DNA of 64,000 bases from Eledone cirrhosa. Taxonomy: Eukaryota. The first letter of the stretch is position 1; each line of letters begins with the position of its first letter. The notes under the pieces are model-generated. The model saw nothing but the letters and a program-made list of their open reading frames with translations, was not told the DNA's origin and did no database searches. Shown here in pieces: positions 11,901 to 25,758 of the stretch. A program made the translations under genes and the position numbers. The stretch spans positions 6,882,001-6,946,000 of the forward strand of contig OZ024750.1 of NCBI GenBank assembly GCA_964016885.1. Direction: 5' to 3'.

Positions 11901-11906
<6 letters not shown>
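11608..11906 (-). mobile_element. Penelope-like fragment (family E) with hammerhead 3' half
   Basis: Minus-strand GAAACAAUUGUC-AGA at ~11824-11838; inverted aaaaaagtgaagaataa/ttattcttcactttttt; related to 52350-52525. Confidence 0.5.
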
Positions 11907-11944
<38 letters not shown>

Positions 11945-11959
11945 TGATGATGATGATAA

Positions 11960-12182
11960 AAACTCACAGTCCCCGCTGTAATGTGGCCGTGTAGGTAACA
12001 CGGTAAAAAGTTCCCAGTTCCACACTGTAAATGTGGTTGGTGTTAGGAAGGGCATCCAGCCGTAGAAAGCCTGCCAGATAGTCCTATATGACACGGTCAC
12101 CCGACCAACCTTGCCTCAAGTGGGACAACTCCCGTCAAACCCATGCTAGCGTGGAAGATGGACGTTAAACGATGATGATGAT
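11960..12182 (+). mobile_element. SINE family 3 (RTE-type tail)
   Basis: gttaggaagggcatccagccgtagaaa...cccatgctagcgtggaagatggacgttaaac(gat)n; related copies at 17440-17655, 48570-48750, 52015-52240, 56350-56510 and 57350-57545 (all minus). Confidence 0.85.
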
Positions 12183-12216
<34 letters not shown>

Positions 12217-12249
12217 CACACACAATATTATTTAATATTGTGTAAATTT

Positions 12250-12500
12250 TGATCCAATACTATGGACATGTAGTTAAAATGTCTCAGGAAAGAATCGCTG
12301 GACAGATTTCACGGGCAAAACCAACTGGCAGGAGACCAGGAGGTAGATATAGAGTAAGATGCTTGGATAACATCCATGAGCTTGGCTGGTCTTGCTTGGG
12401 AATCGAGCTAGATCATTTGGAGACAGTTGCTTTTGATAGGACTTGTTGGAAGGAGTGTTTGAGGATTCTGTGACCTTTTCAGGAATAAGTGGTTGAAGAA
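12250..12500 (+). mobile_element. RTE-like LINE 3' fragment
   Basis: QYYGHVVKMSQERIAGQI..PTGRRPGGRYRVRCLDNI. Confidence 0.8.
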
Positions 12501-12738
12501 GAAGTAAATTATGTTCTGAAATTTCGGTTTTTAACCCAATGTTCTTTGAGGTTTTTATTGCATAATGAGATCAATATAATTTATTTCAATCTATATCTTT
12601 GCTACACACACACACATTATAAATACAGCCATATATATATACACACACACACACACACATGCACGCACATTAAATGGTGGTGATGATGATGATATATACA
12701 ACCATATATATATATATATACATTAAATGGTATTGATG

Positions 12739-12792
<54 letters not shown>

Positions 12793-13456
12793 CATAGCAA
12801 TAATTTAGATCAATACACAATTATATAGACCTTGTTGCTCAATAATCTCTCAATGAAAAACTGTTGCGAAAAGAACGGTAATTCCGAACGCACTCATAAA
12901 AGATAACATTATAGAGACAACATATTTAATAGCTTGTATAGGAAGAAAACAAGGAACAAGAATAGGGTTAGGAAGAAAAGTCATCTTACAATTTATGTGT
13001 ATGTGTGTGTGCACATGTATGAGCGTGTACACACATATATGCATGTGTTTGTGTGTGTGCCTGTATGTGTGTCTGTATGTATGCATAAGTAAACATATTA
13101 ACCCTTTTAATACCAAACTGCCTGAAAGTGCTCTTTGGTTCTTAGATACAAAGCTGTTTAGATAAAAGTGTTTATATTTATCTAAAATTTCTCCATCATA
13201 ATTTTATGTAAGAACCTTTGTTAAGTTATGGTCCAAACACCAACTTAATAACGAGAAAGATATATTGATAAATTCCTACAAAGGGGAGAATAAATCTCAC
13301 ACTGCTACCCCTTTTTACTGGTAAATCATTTGGGGTCATCTTTCACTAGATAAAGTCTTCATTAAATGAGAAAATGTGAATTAGTTGTGTATTTACTACA
13401 AGAATATGTGGGACTCAAATGTTAAGTATTTACTACAACATAATGTGGATTCCAGA

Positions 13457-14109
13457 TCACTCATGCATGCAAGCCTGGTCATGGTGTTTTGTGGAAGACC
13501 AGCAGTCACTCATGCATGCAAGCCTGGTCATGGTGTTTTGTGGAAGACCAGCAGTCACTCATGCATGCAAGCCTGGTCATGGTGTTTTGTGGAAGACCAG
13601 CAGTCACTCATGCATGCAAGCCAGGTCATGGTGTTTTGTGGAAGACCAGCAGTCACTCATGCATGCAAGCCAGGTCATGGTGTTTTGTGGAAGACCAGCA
13701 GTCACTCATGCATGCAAGCCAGGTCATGGTGTTTTGTGGAAGACCAGCAGTCACTCATGCATGCAAGCCTGGTCATGGTGTTTTGTGGAAGACCAGCAGT
13801 CACTCATGCATGCAAGCCTGGTCATGGTGTTTTGTGGAAGACCAGCAGTCACTCATGCATGCAAGCCTGGTCATGGTGTTTTGTGGAAGACCAGCAGTCA
13901 CTCATGCATGCAAGCCTGGTCATGGTGTTTTGTGGAAGACCAGCAGTCACTCATGCATGCAAGCCTGGTCATGGTGTTTTGTGGAAGACCAGCAGTCACT
14001 CATGCATGCAAGCCTGGTCATGGTGTTTTGTGGAAGACCAGCAGTCACCCATGCATGCAAGCCAGGTCATGGTGTTTTGTGGAAGACCAGCAGTCACCCA
14101 TGCATGCAA
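13457..14109. repeat. 49-bp minisatellite (~13.3 copies)
   Basis: Unit tcactcatgcatgcaagcctggtcatggtgttttgtggaagaccagcag. Confidence 0.95.
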
Positions 14110-15035
14110 CTCGCGAGGTTCACACGGCTGGCCAGCTCAGCGCCTATGGTGGTTATAATCCTAACAACCTAACCCCTAAGCTATCTATGATACAAAGCCA
14201 GCATAGAAAGAGAAATCTAGACATTTTAAACAATATGAATGACAGGATTGTTTACAGGGCTTGAATAAGTCTGCAAATGTAAACATTTCAATGAATTCTT
14301 TGTTGGCATAAGTATTTTACAACTTAGTTGCTTAGTAGTGCTCTTACTAACTATTTGAGACTGGGTTGGGTCGGGTGAGGTGGTGGTAAACACACATTTT
14401 AACAAGATATACTAATGAAGACTATCAAAATAATTTGCTGTAAAGACCAAAATGTGCACCATAAGTTCTGAAATAAAACTAAATAAAAAGGAAAACGGTA
14501 ATGAGGTAGAGAATTTGAACTAGTGACCTTTAATGTCAATAGACCAACTACATTTATCATTCAGCCATTACTCTTCTGAATATTTAATGATGCTTCTTTT
14601 TCTCAAAGACAAACCGAAAAAATTATCTCTTCAAACTTTTACTTCCATTAGCAAAAGCTAAACTTGTCTCACTTGATGTTAAAACATTAGTCTGTATGTA
14701 TGTATACATTTATTTATTTGTGCATATGTATGTATATGTGTGTGTATATATATATAAATCTGTGAGTACATATATGTGTGTACATGTATATATATATATA
14801 TATATATCAGTGTGTACATATATGTGTGTATATATATATGATGTGTGTGAGAGAGAAAGTGTTTGTGTTGCTTAAATGTGATGAAAAATCTGTAAAAAAC
14901 AAAATGAGGCCACTCAGTATTTGTTGGAAAGTTTATATATTTGTGAATTTAAAATATTTCAAGTTTCTGTCATTACTGAAGGTTTTTCACAAAATACATC
15001 ATCACCTACATTACATGGAAGGTGTTTGTCTGTTT

Positions 15036-15800
15036 CACACACATACACACTGAGACTCTCTCAAACATACACACACACATACACACTGAGACTCTCTCAA
15101 ACATACATACACACACACTGAGACTCTCTCAAACATACACACACGCATACACACTGAGACTCTCTCAAACATACACACACACATACACACTGAGACTCTC
15201 TCAAACATACACACACACATACACACTGAGACTCTCTCAAACATACATACACACACACACACACACACTCAGACTCTCTAACACACAATCAGACACACAC
15301 AATCTTCCACACAGACTTGCTAACACACTCTCACACACACAATGATGCATACACACAATTTCACATATACAACCACACACTCACACACGCTCACTCAATA
15401 TCACACACACACACACACACACAATCAATCAATCAATCACACACTCACACACACTCACTCACAATCACACACAATCACTCACAATCACGCACACACACAC
15501 AATCACTCACAATCACACACACACACACAATCACTCACAATCACACACACACACTCACTCACTCACTCACTCACTCACAATCACACACACACACTCACTC
15601 ACAATCACACACACACATACACACTCAATCACACACACTCACAATCACACACACACTCACATACTCTCTCAATCTCACACACTCTCACACACAGTCAAAC
15701 AGACACACAAACAATCACACACACACACACTCACACACTGACATTGAAACACACTCTCTCTTACATATACACACTCTTCTCTCTCTCTCACACACACACA
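15036..15800. repeat. 36-bp repeat (acactgagactctctcaaacatac..) grading into (CA/CT)n
   Basis: Direct inspection. Confidence 0.9.
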
Positions 15801-15964
15801 CTCCCTCCCTCCCATCTTATTCAGCTAGGAATTAGAGATATTACTGTTTCCATCCTTTATCAATTCTATTAACTTGGCTTCAGTTGACAATTCACAAACT
15901 TCTATCTTACAAAAATAATTCTTCATTTACTTTATATTTCATTTCTGTTTGTTTTCTTGAATTC

Positions 15965-16191
15965 TTCTCATTCTCTCTCTCTCTCTCTATCTATCTATCT
16001 CTCTCTCTATCTCTTCATCTCTCTCTTCATCTCTCTCTCTATCTCTTCATCTCTCTCTTCATCTCTCTCTCTATCTCTTCATCTCTCTCTCTCTCTCTCT
16101 CTCTCCTTCTTTCCCTCTCCCCTTCTCTCTCTCTCCCTTCTCTCTCTCTCCCCTTCTCTCTCTCTATCTCCCCTTCTTTCTCTCTCTCTCC

Positions 16192-16252
<61 letters not shown>

Positions 16253-16535
16253 CTCTCTTCCTCTCTCTCCCTCTTCCCCTCTCTCTCTCTCTTCCTCTCC
16301 TTTCTCTCCTTCTTTCTCTCCTTCTTTCTCTCCTTTCTCTCTCCTTCTTTCCTTCTCTCTTCTTTATCTCCTCCTTTCTCTCCTCTTCCTTGTCTCCTTT
16401 CTCTCCTCAATTCTCTCCCTCTCTCTCTTTATCTACTCCTCTCTCTCCTTCTTTCTCTCCTTCTTTCTCTCCTTCTTTCTCTCCTCTCTTCCTCTCCTCC
16501 TCCTCTCTCTCTCTCCTCCTCTCTCTTCCTCCTTA
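15965..16535. repeat. (CT)n polypyrimidine tract
   Basis: Direct inspection. Confidence 0.95.
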
Positions 16536-16664
16536 TATTATATTACTAAGCTGCTTTTAATAATATTCCTCCATTTACTTTTCTTCTCAAAAGAGATTAT
16601 AATACTAAATATTTTCAAGTCAGATTAGAGCTACACTTATATATATATTAGAGTATTAGAGCTA

Positions 16665-16698
<34 letters not shown>

Positions 16699-17234
16699 CA
16701 CTACACTTTTATATGGCCTCCGATCTTTTATTTATATATATATATATATTAGAGCTACTTATATATATATATAAGTAGCTCTAATATATATATATATATA
16801 TATATGAGCTACACTTATATATAAAGGGTTCCTTCCATTTCTGGAATAATGTACTTTATCTCAGTAAATGTTTCTAGAATTTCTTTAATTTTTTTTTTTC
16901 CTCTTTTTATATATATATTTATTTATTTATTCTCTCAGCAGTTTCCATGAAACGTGGTAATTTGTTACTCTAAATAGTAACGAGGGTAGATTTAGTATGT
17001 TTCAAGGAGAGGAAAAGAAAACTAAAAAGCCAGCAAGGGTTGGAGGGGGTGGTGGCTCTTATTAATAGATATTGATATGTTATTTACTGCTTTTTTTTCT
17101 TTTATTTTGGTCGTGTTCTTTATTAAGTCTTTGAAAAGTTTCTATCAAATTATTTGGTTCTCCATAAATCTCTAAATTAAATTATCTCTTTTCAGTGTGA
17201 TAAACTTGAGTTTTGTTACATTGCCAAAATAATG

Positions 17235-17276
<42 letters not shown>

Positions 17277-17664
17277 TAGAGTTGTGTGTTATTAAGTTGA
17301 TCGGTTGTCATTTCCAGACAATTTGTTCCCTAAATACCATCTTGTAGAACATGTAGAACACCTTGGAATCACTGAAGAAAAGTCTTACATTTTTCATGCC
17401 AACGTTTCTAGCAAAATCTATCCATTTCCAAGATATATATCATCATCATCGTTTAATGTCCGTTTATTTTTCCTCACTATCATGGCTTAGATGTGTTGTC
17501 CTATTGATGAGACCAGTCAGGTCAGATGACCATGTCTTGCTCATACAGAACTGTTTCTGGTTTGGTTTCTACAGCTTGATGTCTTTCCTAATGCCAACCA
17601 CATTTACAGTGTGAACTGGGTGTTTTTTTTATCATGACACCAACACAAGTGTGGACTTAGCTAG

Positions 17665-18190
17665 GCAGATATAGATGAGACAAACATCATATAGACCTAG
17701 AATGAGATAAATAGATATATTGAGACAAACATATATAGACCTAGAATGAGATAAACAGATATATTGAGACAAACATCATATAGGCCTAGAATGAGATAAA
17801 CAGATATATTGAGACAAATATCATATAGACCTAGAATTAGATAAACAGATATATTGAGACATATATAGACCTAGAATTAGATAAACAGATATATTGAGAC
17901 AAATATCATATAGGCCTAGAATGAGATAAACAGATATATATTGAGACAAACATAGGCCTAGAATTAGACAGATATATTGAGACAAACATATAGATCTAGA
18001 ATTAGACAGATATATTGAGACAAACATCATATAGACCTAGAATTAACTAGACAGATGTATTGATAAAACACATCATTTTGACCTAGAATTAGACAGAACA
18101 ATGTGACATATATCGACCTAGATTTAGCTAGACATAGATGAGACACACGTTAACCTAGATTTAGATAAAAAGATATTGATGAGACAAACA
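17665..18190. repeat. Degenerate ~40-45-bp minisatellite (atagacctagaatgagataaacagatatattgagacaaacatcat)
   Basis: About 11-12 copies. Confidence 0.9.
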
Positions 18191-18432
18191 CAGACTTTAA
18201 GAATTTTAGTGAAATGGTTTGGAATAACTACCTATTTATTTCAGAATTGATTGAATGTTTCACGTTTTATTGATATATTCTTTAGTTAGGAAAGTAATTT
18301 ATATACAAACTTAGGTTTTTGATGGCTGGAGGTTTTGTGGCATTGGTAAAACTGGCCTCAGTCACAACCTTATCTGACCCATGGTAACACAAAAACTATT
18401 AGTTTGACCGTGTTGTTGTTGATTGTGTAGAC

Positions 18433-18737
18433 CAAGGGGTCCCAACCTTTTTTGCGCCATTGCCCACTTTCACATGGAAAATATTTCCACCACCCACCTG
18501 TATAGTAAATATTTAAAAACATACCAAAAATGTTTGATAAAGGTTTGTTGTTCCCATTTAGCTTCCTGTTTTTTATACAGGTTCTTTGCATATCTCCTTT
18601 GAATTCTTTTTCCTTCAGGTAGCACATGTTGAAATACCTTCTTAATACTCAAAATCCTATATCGTCCACCAAAATTTCCAATCACTCACCATTTTCTGTT
18701 CACTGGTGGGTGATATTGCCCAGGTTGGCAAACTCTG
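18433..18737 (+). mobile_element. Non-autonomous hAT (Charlie/Buster-like) MITE
   Basis: TIR caaggggtcccaacc / ggttggcaaactctg; 8-bp TSD gtgtagac/gagtagac with central TA. Confidence 0.8.
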
Positions 18738-19579
18738 GAGTAGACCTCTGATCAAAGCATTCCAACCATGACCATTTCATCTATTTTCTGATTGGGTATT
18801 CAAAGCTATTATCAAAATTGTGTCCTTCTGATCGATTAAGAGAAATTTTGCGGTTTTTTCTAGCATGTCAAGTGACCATGTAGAAGTTCCTCCTACTGTT
18901 TTCTTGGACATGGAATTAAAAGTTATTCTTCTCTCTGCAATAGTAATTAACCATAAAACCACATAATTAGATGAAACTCACCTTGCCATTAATTCAACTC
19001 AGGTGAACTGAACCACAAATCAGCTTTTCACGATATTCTAATTACTTATTATATAATTAACCTGCCACATTTCTGCTAATGTTGACTATCTCTATTCTAT
19101 ATAAGATTTCTTTTATTGGAAGTTAGTTGAAGACATAAACTGCACCATTTCTGTCTTTGGCATGCTATCAGATTCCTGTAAAGAGCCATGGCTCACTGGC
19201 AACCAAACTAATCGCTTCATTCACCATTCTTTATCCTTCCTTCCTTATAATTGCTATTATTACAGTACATCTAGATATATTGCTAGCTATTTATAGAGAC
19301 TGCCGAGCAGTCATCTTACTCTTTCAGCTTTATTTCATCCACAATGACAAAATGATGTGAAATTAGCTACGTCTATAAATAGTTTTAGCTTTAATTTATC
19401 AAAATTCATATTTTATCTAAATTCTTCTCTCTGAAGAATTTGTCAGTTTTATGTCAAACGTATGTTATTGGAATTAGCCGTCTTTCAACAGTGTGGCTCT
19501 ATTAGGCTACATGCATGTGTGTGTGTATGTATATATATATGTAAATGTGTGTGTATATGTATGCATGCATTTGTGTGTG

Positions 19580-19616
<37 letters not shown>

Positions 19617-19887
19617 TCATCATCACAGTTTAATGTCTGTTTTTCCATGCTAACATATAGGTTATATATATATATATCTATATCTATATATATATAGTAA
19701 TAATAATAAATTTGAAGACTAAAATCCAAAGAGGGCTCGATAAGGATAAATATATATCAAATATATAAGAACCCTAGAGCAATTCTTTGCTTAAACTTTA
19801 ATCTGTTATTTTAATAAATATATATATATATATATGAATGTATGTATGTATTTATGTGCGTATGTATGCATGTATATATATATATGT

Positions 19888-20205
19888 ATCATCATCATCA
19901 TCATTTTACGTCCGCTTTTCCCTGCTTGCAAGGGTAGGACGGGAACTGATTCTGGCTTGATTTCTACAGCTGGATGCCCTTCCTAACACCAACCTCATTT
20001 ACAGTGAGTGCTGGGTGCTTTTTTGCCGTGGCACCTCCACGTCTACTTTACAGTGGAATGATAGGGAACCCAGTCCCTATCATCTCATTTCTACAGCTGA
20101 GTAAACTGGAGCAATGTGAAATAAAGTGTCTTGCTCAAGGAGAATTGAACTCACAACCTTTTGATTGCAAGGCCAATGCTCTAACCACTAACCCATGTGC
20201 CTCCT
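19888..20205 (-). mobile_element. Composite tRNA-SINE family 2 with RTE tail
   Basis: Reverse complement of 39978-40298. Confidence 0.9.
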
Positions 20206-20942
20206 ACATGTATGTATTTATGTATATATGTGTGTATGCATACATGTGTATATTTATTTATTTATGTATGTATATGAGTGAGAGAGAAAGATGTATTTCT
20301 TTCTAAATGTAAGTACACATCACAAGATTACATTATATAATTGTAGTGATGATGATGGTGGTGTTGGTGGTGATAGTGATAGTGATGGTGGTGATGTAGT
20401 GGTGGTGGTGATGGCGGCAGTGGTGATGTGGCAGTGATGATGATGGTGATGATGATAGGTGTAGTAATAAAGGACATTAAATTAAATTCTAAATTTTAGA
20501 GGGAAAGAAATAAACCGACAGGAAATTAGATGTTTTCTACGTTTTACAAATGTTTTTATTCAAGTCTATTTTTATATTTTCTATTCTTGTTTCTGGATTT
20601 CATTATATTTTCTTTTATTAGCTATAACAAGTGTTTTAAGACTATTTTTACTTTGCTAAAGTAGGGTTTAGCCTTGCTGGCCCCATAACAGGTTTCATAT
20701 TGATTCTATGTGTGTATGCATGTATGTATGGTCCTGTAACTCCCAAAGGAGTTGTAGAATGCAGTAATGACATACGCAGTGTTTCTAGGGCATTTTAAAA
20801 CCTGGTGGAGCCCATTTCCTCTCCGAGTGAAGATGCAGCAGATTTCTTCCAGAGAAAGATAAAGAGAGAGAGGAAGTGAAAAAGAGATATCGAGGCAGAA
20901 TCAACTCCAGTACTTGACTGGTACTTTTTTTATCGACCTTAA

Positions 20943-21164
20943 CCTTTTAGCATTTACATTACTCTATATATATACTATTGTATTTTCATGGTAAAGGCTT
21001 TATCTCACATAATATCTCACACAATATTGAATGTATAAGATTTTGATATTGTTTATTTTGAGAACAATCCCTTAACATCAGTATGAGTGGCCAGTTACAG
21101 CCAGTTTGAAAAGAAAGAGGTGAGAGAATTCTGGCCGAATATGGCCGTTTTGAATGTTAAAGGG
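20943..21164 (+). mobile_element. piggyBac-like MITE inserted in a SINE family 1 copy
   Basis: TTAA on both sides; TIR cc(c/t)tttagcatt / aatg(c/t)taaaggg; host SINE resumes on either side (tatcgacc|TTAA..TTAA|atggatgaaa). Confidence 0.85.
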
Positions 21165-22513
21165 TTAAATGGATGAAAAGCAATATTGACCTTGGCAGGA
21201 TTTGAACTCGGAGAGCAGGGGGTTCGGAATGAATATGACAAAGTAGTCTATCCAATGACTATCAATTCACTACCTATTTCATATTGAATATGGTGTCTTT
21301 TTCACGCAATGTTTTAGAACCAGATTCCCTTCTCGGCACTAACCATTTTATTTACCTCTTACAACATCAGGACACAATGTTCCTATTGTAAATTAGATAC
21401 ATAAAGCTGACCAAAAACATTCTAGCTGTGACTAACCTATCTTATTTCAAGAGTTTGTGTATCTAGAATTATATTACCTCAAAAAGTACTCCATAGTGAA
21501 GCTTGTGGTGTTGAATCTAACGTTACATTATCAAATGTCCTTTTTTAAAGACAGTAACATGGGATTTAAAGGGAAATTTAGCTGCTATTTTTAGCAGGTT
21601 GATCAGCCACATAGAGTTTCTCTTGCTTGGCTTGTGCTGATGGCTTTTATTGTAAAAATAGAAGAGATGGAGTGATAAACTATTTGATTATTGAACTATT
21701 GATTATAGCATGCTACTTATGTTTTATCAATAGTTTTGATACCTTTGTCTAGTTGGGTTGTCTAGGTTTGTAGAACGTAAGAGTCAGGACAAGAGTTTGA
21801 CCAGATCTTTGTAAAACTGACATTATAGATTAGCTCTTAAGGTGGTGGATTGGCAGTAGCGGTAGAGGGTCTGACGCCATGTTTTGACGCATAGAGTTAT
21901 GGTTTTATTAATTCAAATGTTTATAGCATCTTTACTAGTGGACAGATTGTTGTGAAAATTGGAAGTATTAAAGTAAAGACATTAATGTTTATTGTGATGA
22001 AACTACAGTGATGTTTTGCCCTTTTCAAGAATCTCTTGCTAATGTGGTTCCATATGGTACAGGACATTATTAACGAAATGATAGCCAGGTAAATGAAGCT
22101 GCTGCTCTATAGAAATAGATCAAATTACACTTGCTATAAAAAAGGTGACATTTTATTGATTTTGAGGAAGAAAATAAATCAAATGAATTGATTTTCAATA
22201 TGCAGATTTAATTGTGAGAATATTAAAAACGATTGTTCATCATTGTCGTCAATGTTTAACGCCTGTTTTCTCTGCTAGCAAGGGTTGGATGGGGCTACAT
22301 AGACCAAGTCAGTACTTAAGCAGAGCTACTGACTCCCAGACTGCAATGCTGAGTAATTTTAGTTTGTATTTGGCAAGTCTTTTCAAAGGTGTACACTCTT
22401 GTAAACAGAAGTCGGGGTCGAGTTTTTACCTTCCTTTATACCCACCCTACCTCTTCCCATGCATAGAGTACTACCCGCTGATTTGTGGTGTCTCTGGTCA
22501 TGGCATTGCAGAC

Positions 22514-22569
<56 letters not shown>

Positions 22570-22571
<2 letters not shown>

Positions 22572-22900
22572 TTGCGAGGTTTTTGATATGAAATCGTGTG
22601 TCGAAACAAATATTGTTATACTTGGGGAAGGTCATATTTGTGTAATAATATTGCCAGAATTAATAACAGAACACACTCACTGTTTGGTTGGTTTTCGCTT
22701 CTCTGTCTTTTATATCAGTTAATTTAATTTATTCGGTCCTCAATGTTACCATTGACTGACCAACGGTTAAAAATACAGATACAATATAGACACAAACACA
22801 TATATATAGTCTAACAAAGTTCTTTCGTTGCACATCTGCAACATCGTCAGTGGTGCTATTATGTTTCCTCCTGTTGTATTGTATGCCTACGCCATCTTTA
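22570..22900 (-). mobile_element. Penelope-like fragment with degenerate hammerhead (22812-22855)
   Basis: Minus strand: CUGACGA-U-GUUGCA GAUG UGCAAC-GAAA-GAACUU; stem I poorly paired. Confidence 0.5.
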
Positions 22901-23050
22901 TTTAGTCTGTTTATTTATTTATTTATTTGTTTATTTTTTTGTCTTCTCTGCGCATGCGTTTGCGTGTGTGTATAGTGTTTTGTTTGATGTGTGTTCGTGT
23001 TTGGGTGACTGTGTATTGGTTATTGTATTCTAAGTTTACTAGTGTGTGTT

Positions 23051-23083
<33 letters not shown>

Positions 23084-23115
23084 TATGAATTACTGTTGGC
23101 TTCTTGCTCACATTA

Positions 23116-23199
<84 letters not shown>

Positions 23200-23490
23200 A
23201 AGGCGCATGGCTGAGTGGTTAGAGAATTGGATTCGCGGTCGTGAGGTTGTGATTTCAATTCCTAGACCGGGCAATGCGTTATGTCCTTGAGAAAGACACT
23301 TTATTTCACATTGCTCCTTCTCTCTGAATTTACAGCCAACAGATAGTATTAGCAATTGGAAAGACCAATGGAAACATTGTTTCCTTGGTCCGATTTGATG
23401 AGATCCACCTTACTTGTTAGGCGAATGAGGTATAGGATCTTGTCAATCAACTGTCGATATATATATGGCTGGAACAGGTAAAAGAGTATA
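23200..23490 (+). mobile_element. tRNA-SINE family 2 variant
   Basis: ggcgcatggctgagtggttaga..tcaattcc..tgtccttgagaaagacactttatttcac; similar copy at 26718-26965. Confidence 0.85.
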
Positions 23491-24121
23491 TATATATATA
23501 TATATGGTCAGGAAGAGAATCTAGTTGTAATACACGGCCTCAAAACATTGTCTCACTTATGCCAACATGGAAAAGTGGTCATAAAAACGATGTTGATGAG
23601 AGGATGGTATATTTACATGACTTCACTTAGTAACTACTTGAAACTGTTGTAGGAGAAATTTGCTGAAGGTGTTGCAACATGTAACCAAACTCAAAAGCTT
23701 GCAAAACCATGTCTTCATCTACATGCCAGAAAACTTTATATTTTACATGAAACATATTTCTTATTCTTAAAATAAACTAAAAAAAAGGCATTAGATAATT
23801 TTATTTTGCATATGGATAATTTTGTTGATAGTATTAAGAAGTGTTAGACTTGACTAAGACTTTTGTAGTAAATTGTTGTTGGTTTTTGAAATGTCAAGTG
23901 TTTGGGGTTTAGATGTATAAAAAAAAAATTATCATTTCATGGTGTTAGTCACATGACCCAGTGTTAGTCACATGACCCAGTGTTTTGACCTCTAGGTTAA
24001 TACACTGGGTAGATATAATAAGTAGGAACAAGTTATAAAAATGTTCACTGACTGACATGTGGCTGTATAAAGACCGAGTACAATATAATGTAGAGCCTAC
24101 ACATACGAAAGGAGACTTCTG

Positions 24122-24156
<35 letters not shown>

Positions 24157-24216
24157 TCATTTAATGTTCATTGTTCCATGCTAACATAAGTTTATATATA
24201 CACACATATATGTATA

Positions 24217-24247
<31 letters not shown>

Positions 24248-24253
24248 ATGATA

Positions 24254-24436
24254 TTAAATAAATGGAAACTATATTTATAAAACCATATTTATTTTATTAT
24301 ATATATTTCAAGGGCAACCAAGACAACATTGGTACGCTTTCATCAGATAAAATACAAAATAAACTGTTGAGTGCTCTAAATCAGTTATAAACATTTGTTT
24401 GTTGGACTTCCAACAAATTAAATACAATTTCTACTT
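24254..24436 (-). mobile_element. Penelope-like short element (family B)
   Basis: Reverse-complement homology to 2108-2385, lacking ~95 bp internally. Confidence 0.7.
24290..24354 (-). ncRNA. Type I hammerhead ribozyme
   Basis: Minus strand: UAUUUUAU-CUGAUGA-AAG..ACCAA UGUUGUC UUGGU..CUU-GAAA-UAUAUAUA-AUAAAAUA. Confidence 0.8.
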
Positions 24437-24541
24437 ATATAAGAATTGAATTAGAGCTTTGTTGTGGTTAGACTACAGAAAATAACAGCCTGTTATAAGC
24501 CCCCAGAACGCTGTGTTAGACTATTCTAAACAGATGTGCTC

Positions 24542-24585
<44 letters not shown>

Positions 24586-25155
24586 GTAAAAATTGTACCT
24601 ATCTCTACACTCATTCAACATCTCCTCGTGTATTGAGTACTCCAATGATTAGTGGCTTCCACAATCTCAGAACCACAGACTCCCCCCTCCCCCCCTCTCT
24701 CTCTACACACACACATACTAATATTTAAAATAGTGGGGGCGCACAGGTTGTCTTTTTCCATTGTCTTTGACCTGTGTGCCCTCCCCCTCCCTGCTTTGAA
24801 TTGATATTCTAAAGACTTAACCATGCGGCCTTTTTTTTTGGAAATTATATATATATGAGCGTGTGTGTGTGTATATATATATATACACATATATATACAC
24901 ATATATACACACATACATATTCCTCATTTTATGGCCCACTTTTCTGTGCTACCATAGGATGAATCATTAATAGTTCTGTAATTATAAAAAATGGTTTAGT
25001 TTGTAGTTTGGTAACAAGTCTGATTCTATAAACTCTTTCATAGATTTCAAGCTGTTTTCTCTTTCATTGAATGGAATAATATTTTTCATGCTGATAATTT
25101 CAAATTTAATTCTATCTATAACTTATTTAGGCACGAAAAGAGGTCAACCAAAGTG

Positions 25156-25200
<45 letters not shown>

Positions 25201-25464
25201 GTGTGTGTGTATGGGTATGTGTGTGTGTGTATATATATATCATCATCATCGTTTAACGTCCATATATATATGTATATATCTATATAGTGAGATATGTTTG
25301 AGAAAAGATTGTGTGTATGTATGTGTGTATATTGTGTGTATGTCTGTGTATATATTTATATATTGTGTGTATGTATATATATATATATTTATAAATTGGG
25401 TGTATGTATATGTATATATTTATAAATTGTGTGTATGTATATGTATATATATTTATAAATTGTA

Positions 25465-25496
<32 letters not shown>

Positions 25497-25670
25497 ATCG
25501 TTTAACGTTTATATATATATATATATATATCATCGTTTAACGTTTATATATATATATATATAATCGTTTAACGTTTATATATATATATATATATATATAT
25601 AATCGTTTAACGTTTATATATATATATATATATATAAAGTGTGTGTATGTATGTGTATATATTTATAAAT

Positions 25671-25701
<31 letters not shown>

Positions 25702-25709
25702 TTATAAAT

Positions 25710-25758
<49 letters not shown>

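Noticed and set aside
13385-14264. Three overlapping Cys-rich ORFs or a CRISPR-like array
   Set aside because: A head-to-tail 49-bp repeat with no unique spacers; eukaryotic context and no cas genes. The same applies to the other arrays.
21927-22089. Exon-like segment bounded by tag and cag|gtaaat
   Set aside because: Stops in all frames and no homology; it cannot be distinguished from chance or a non-coding exon.
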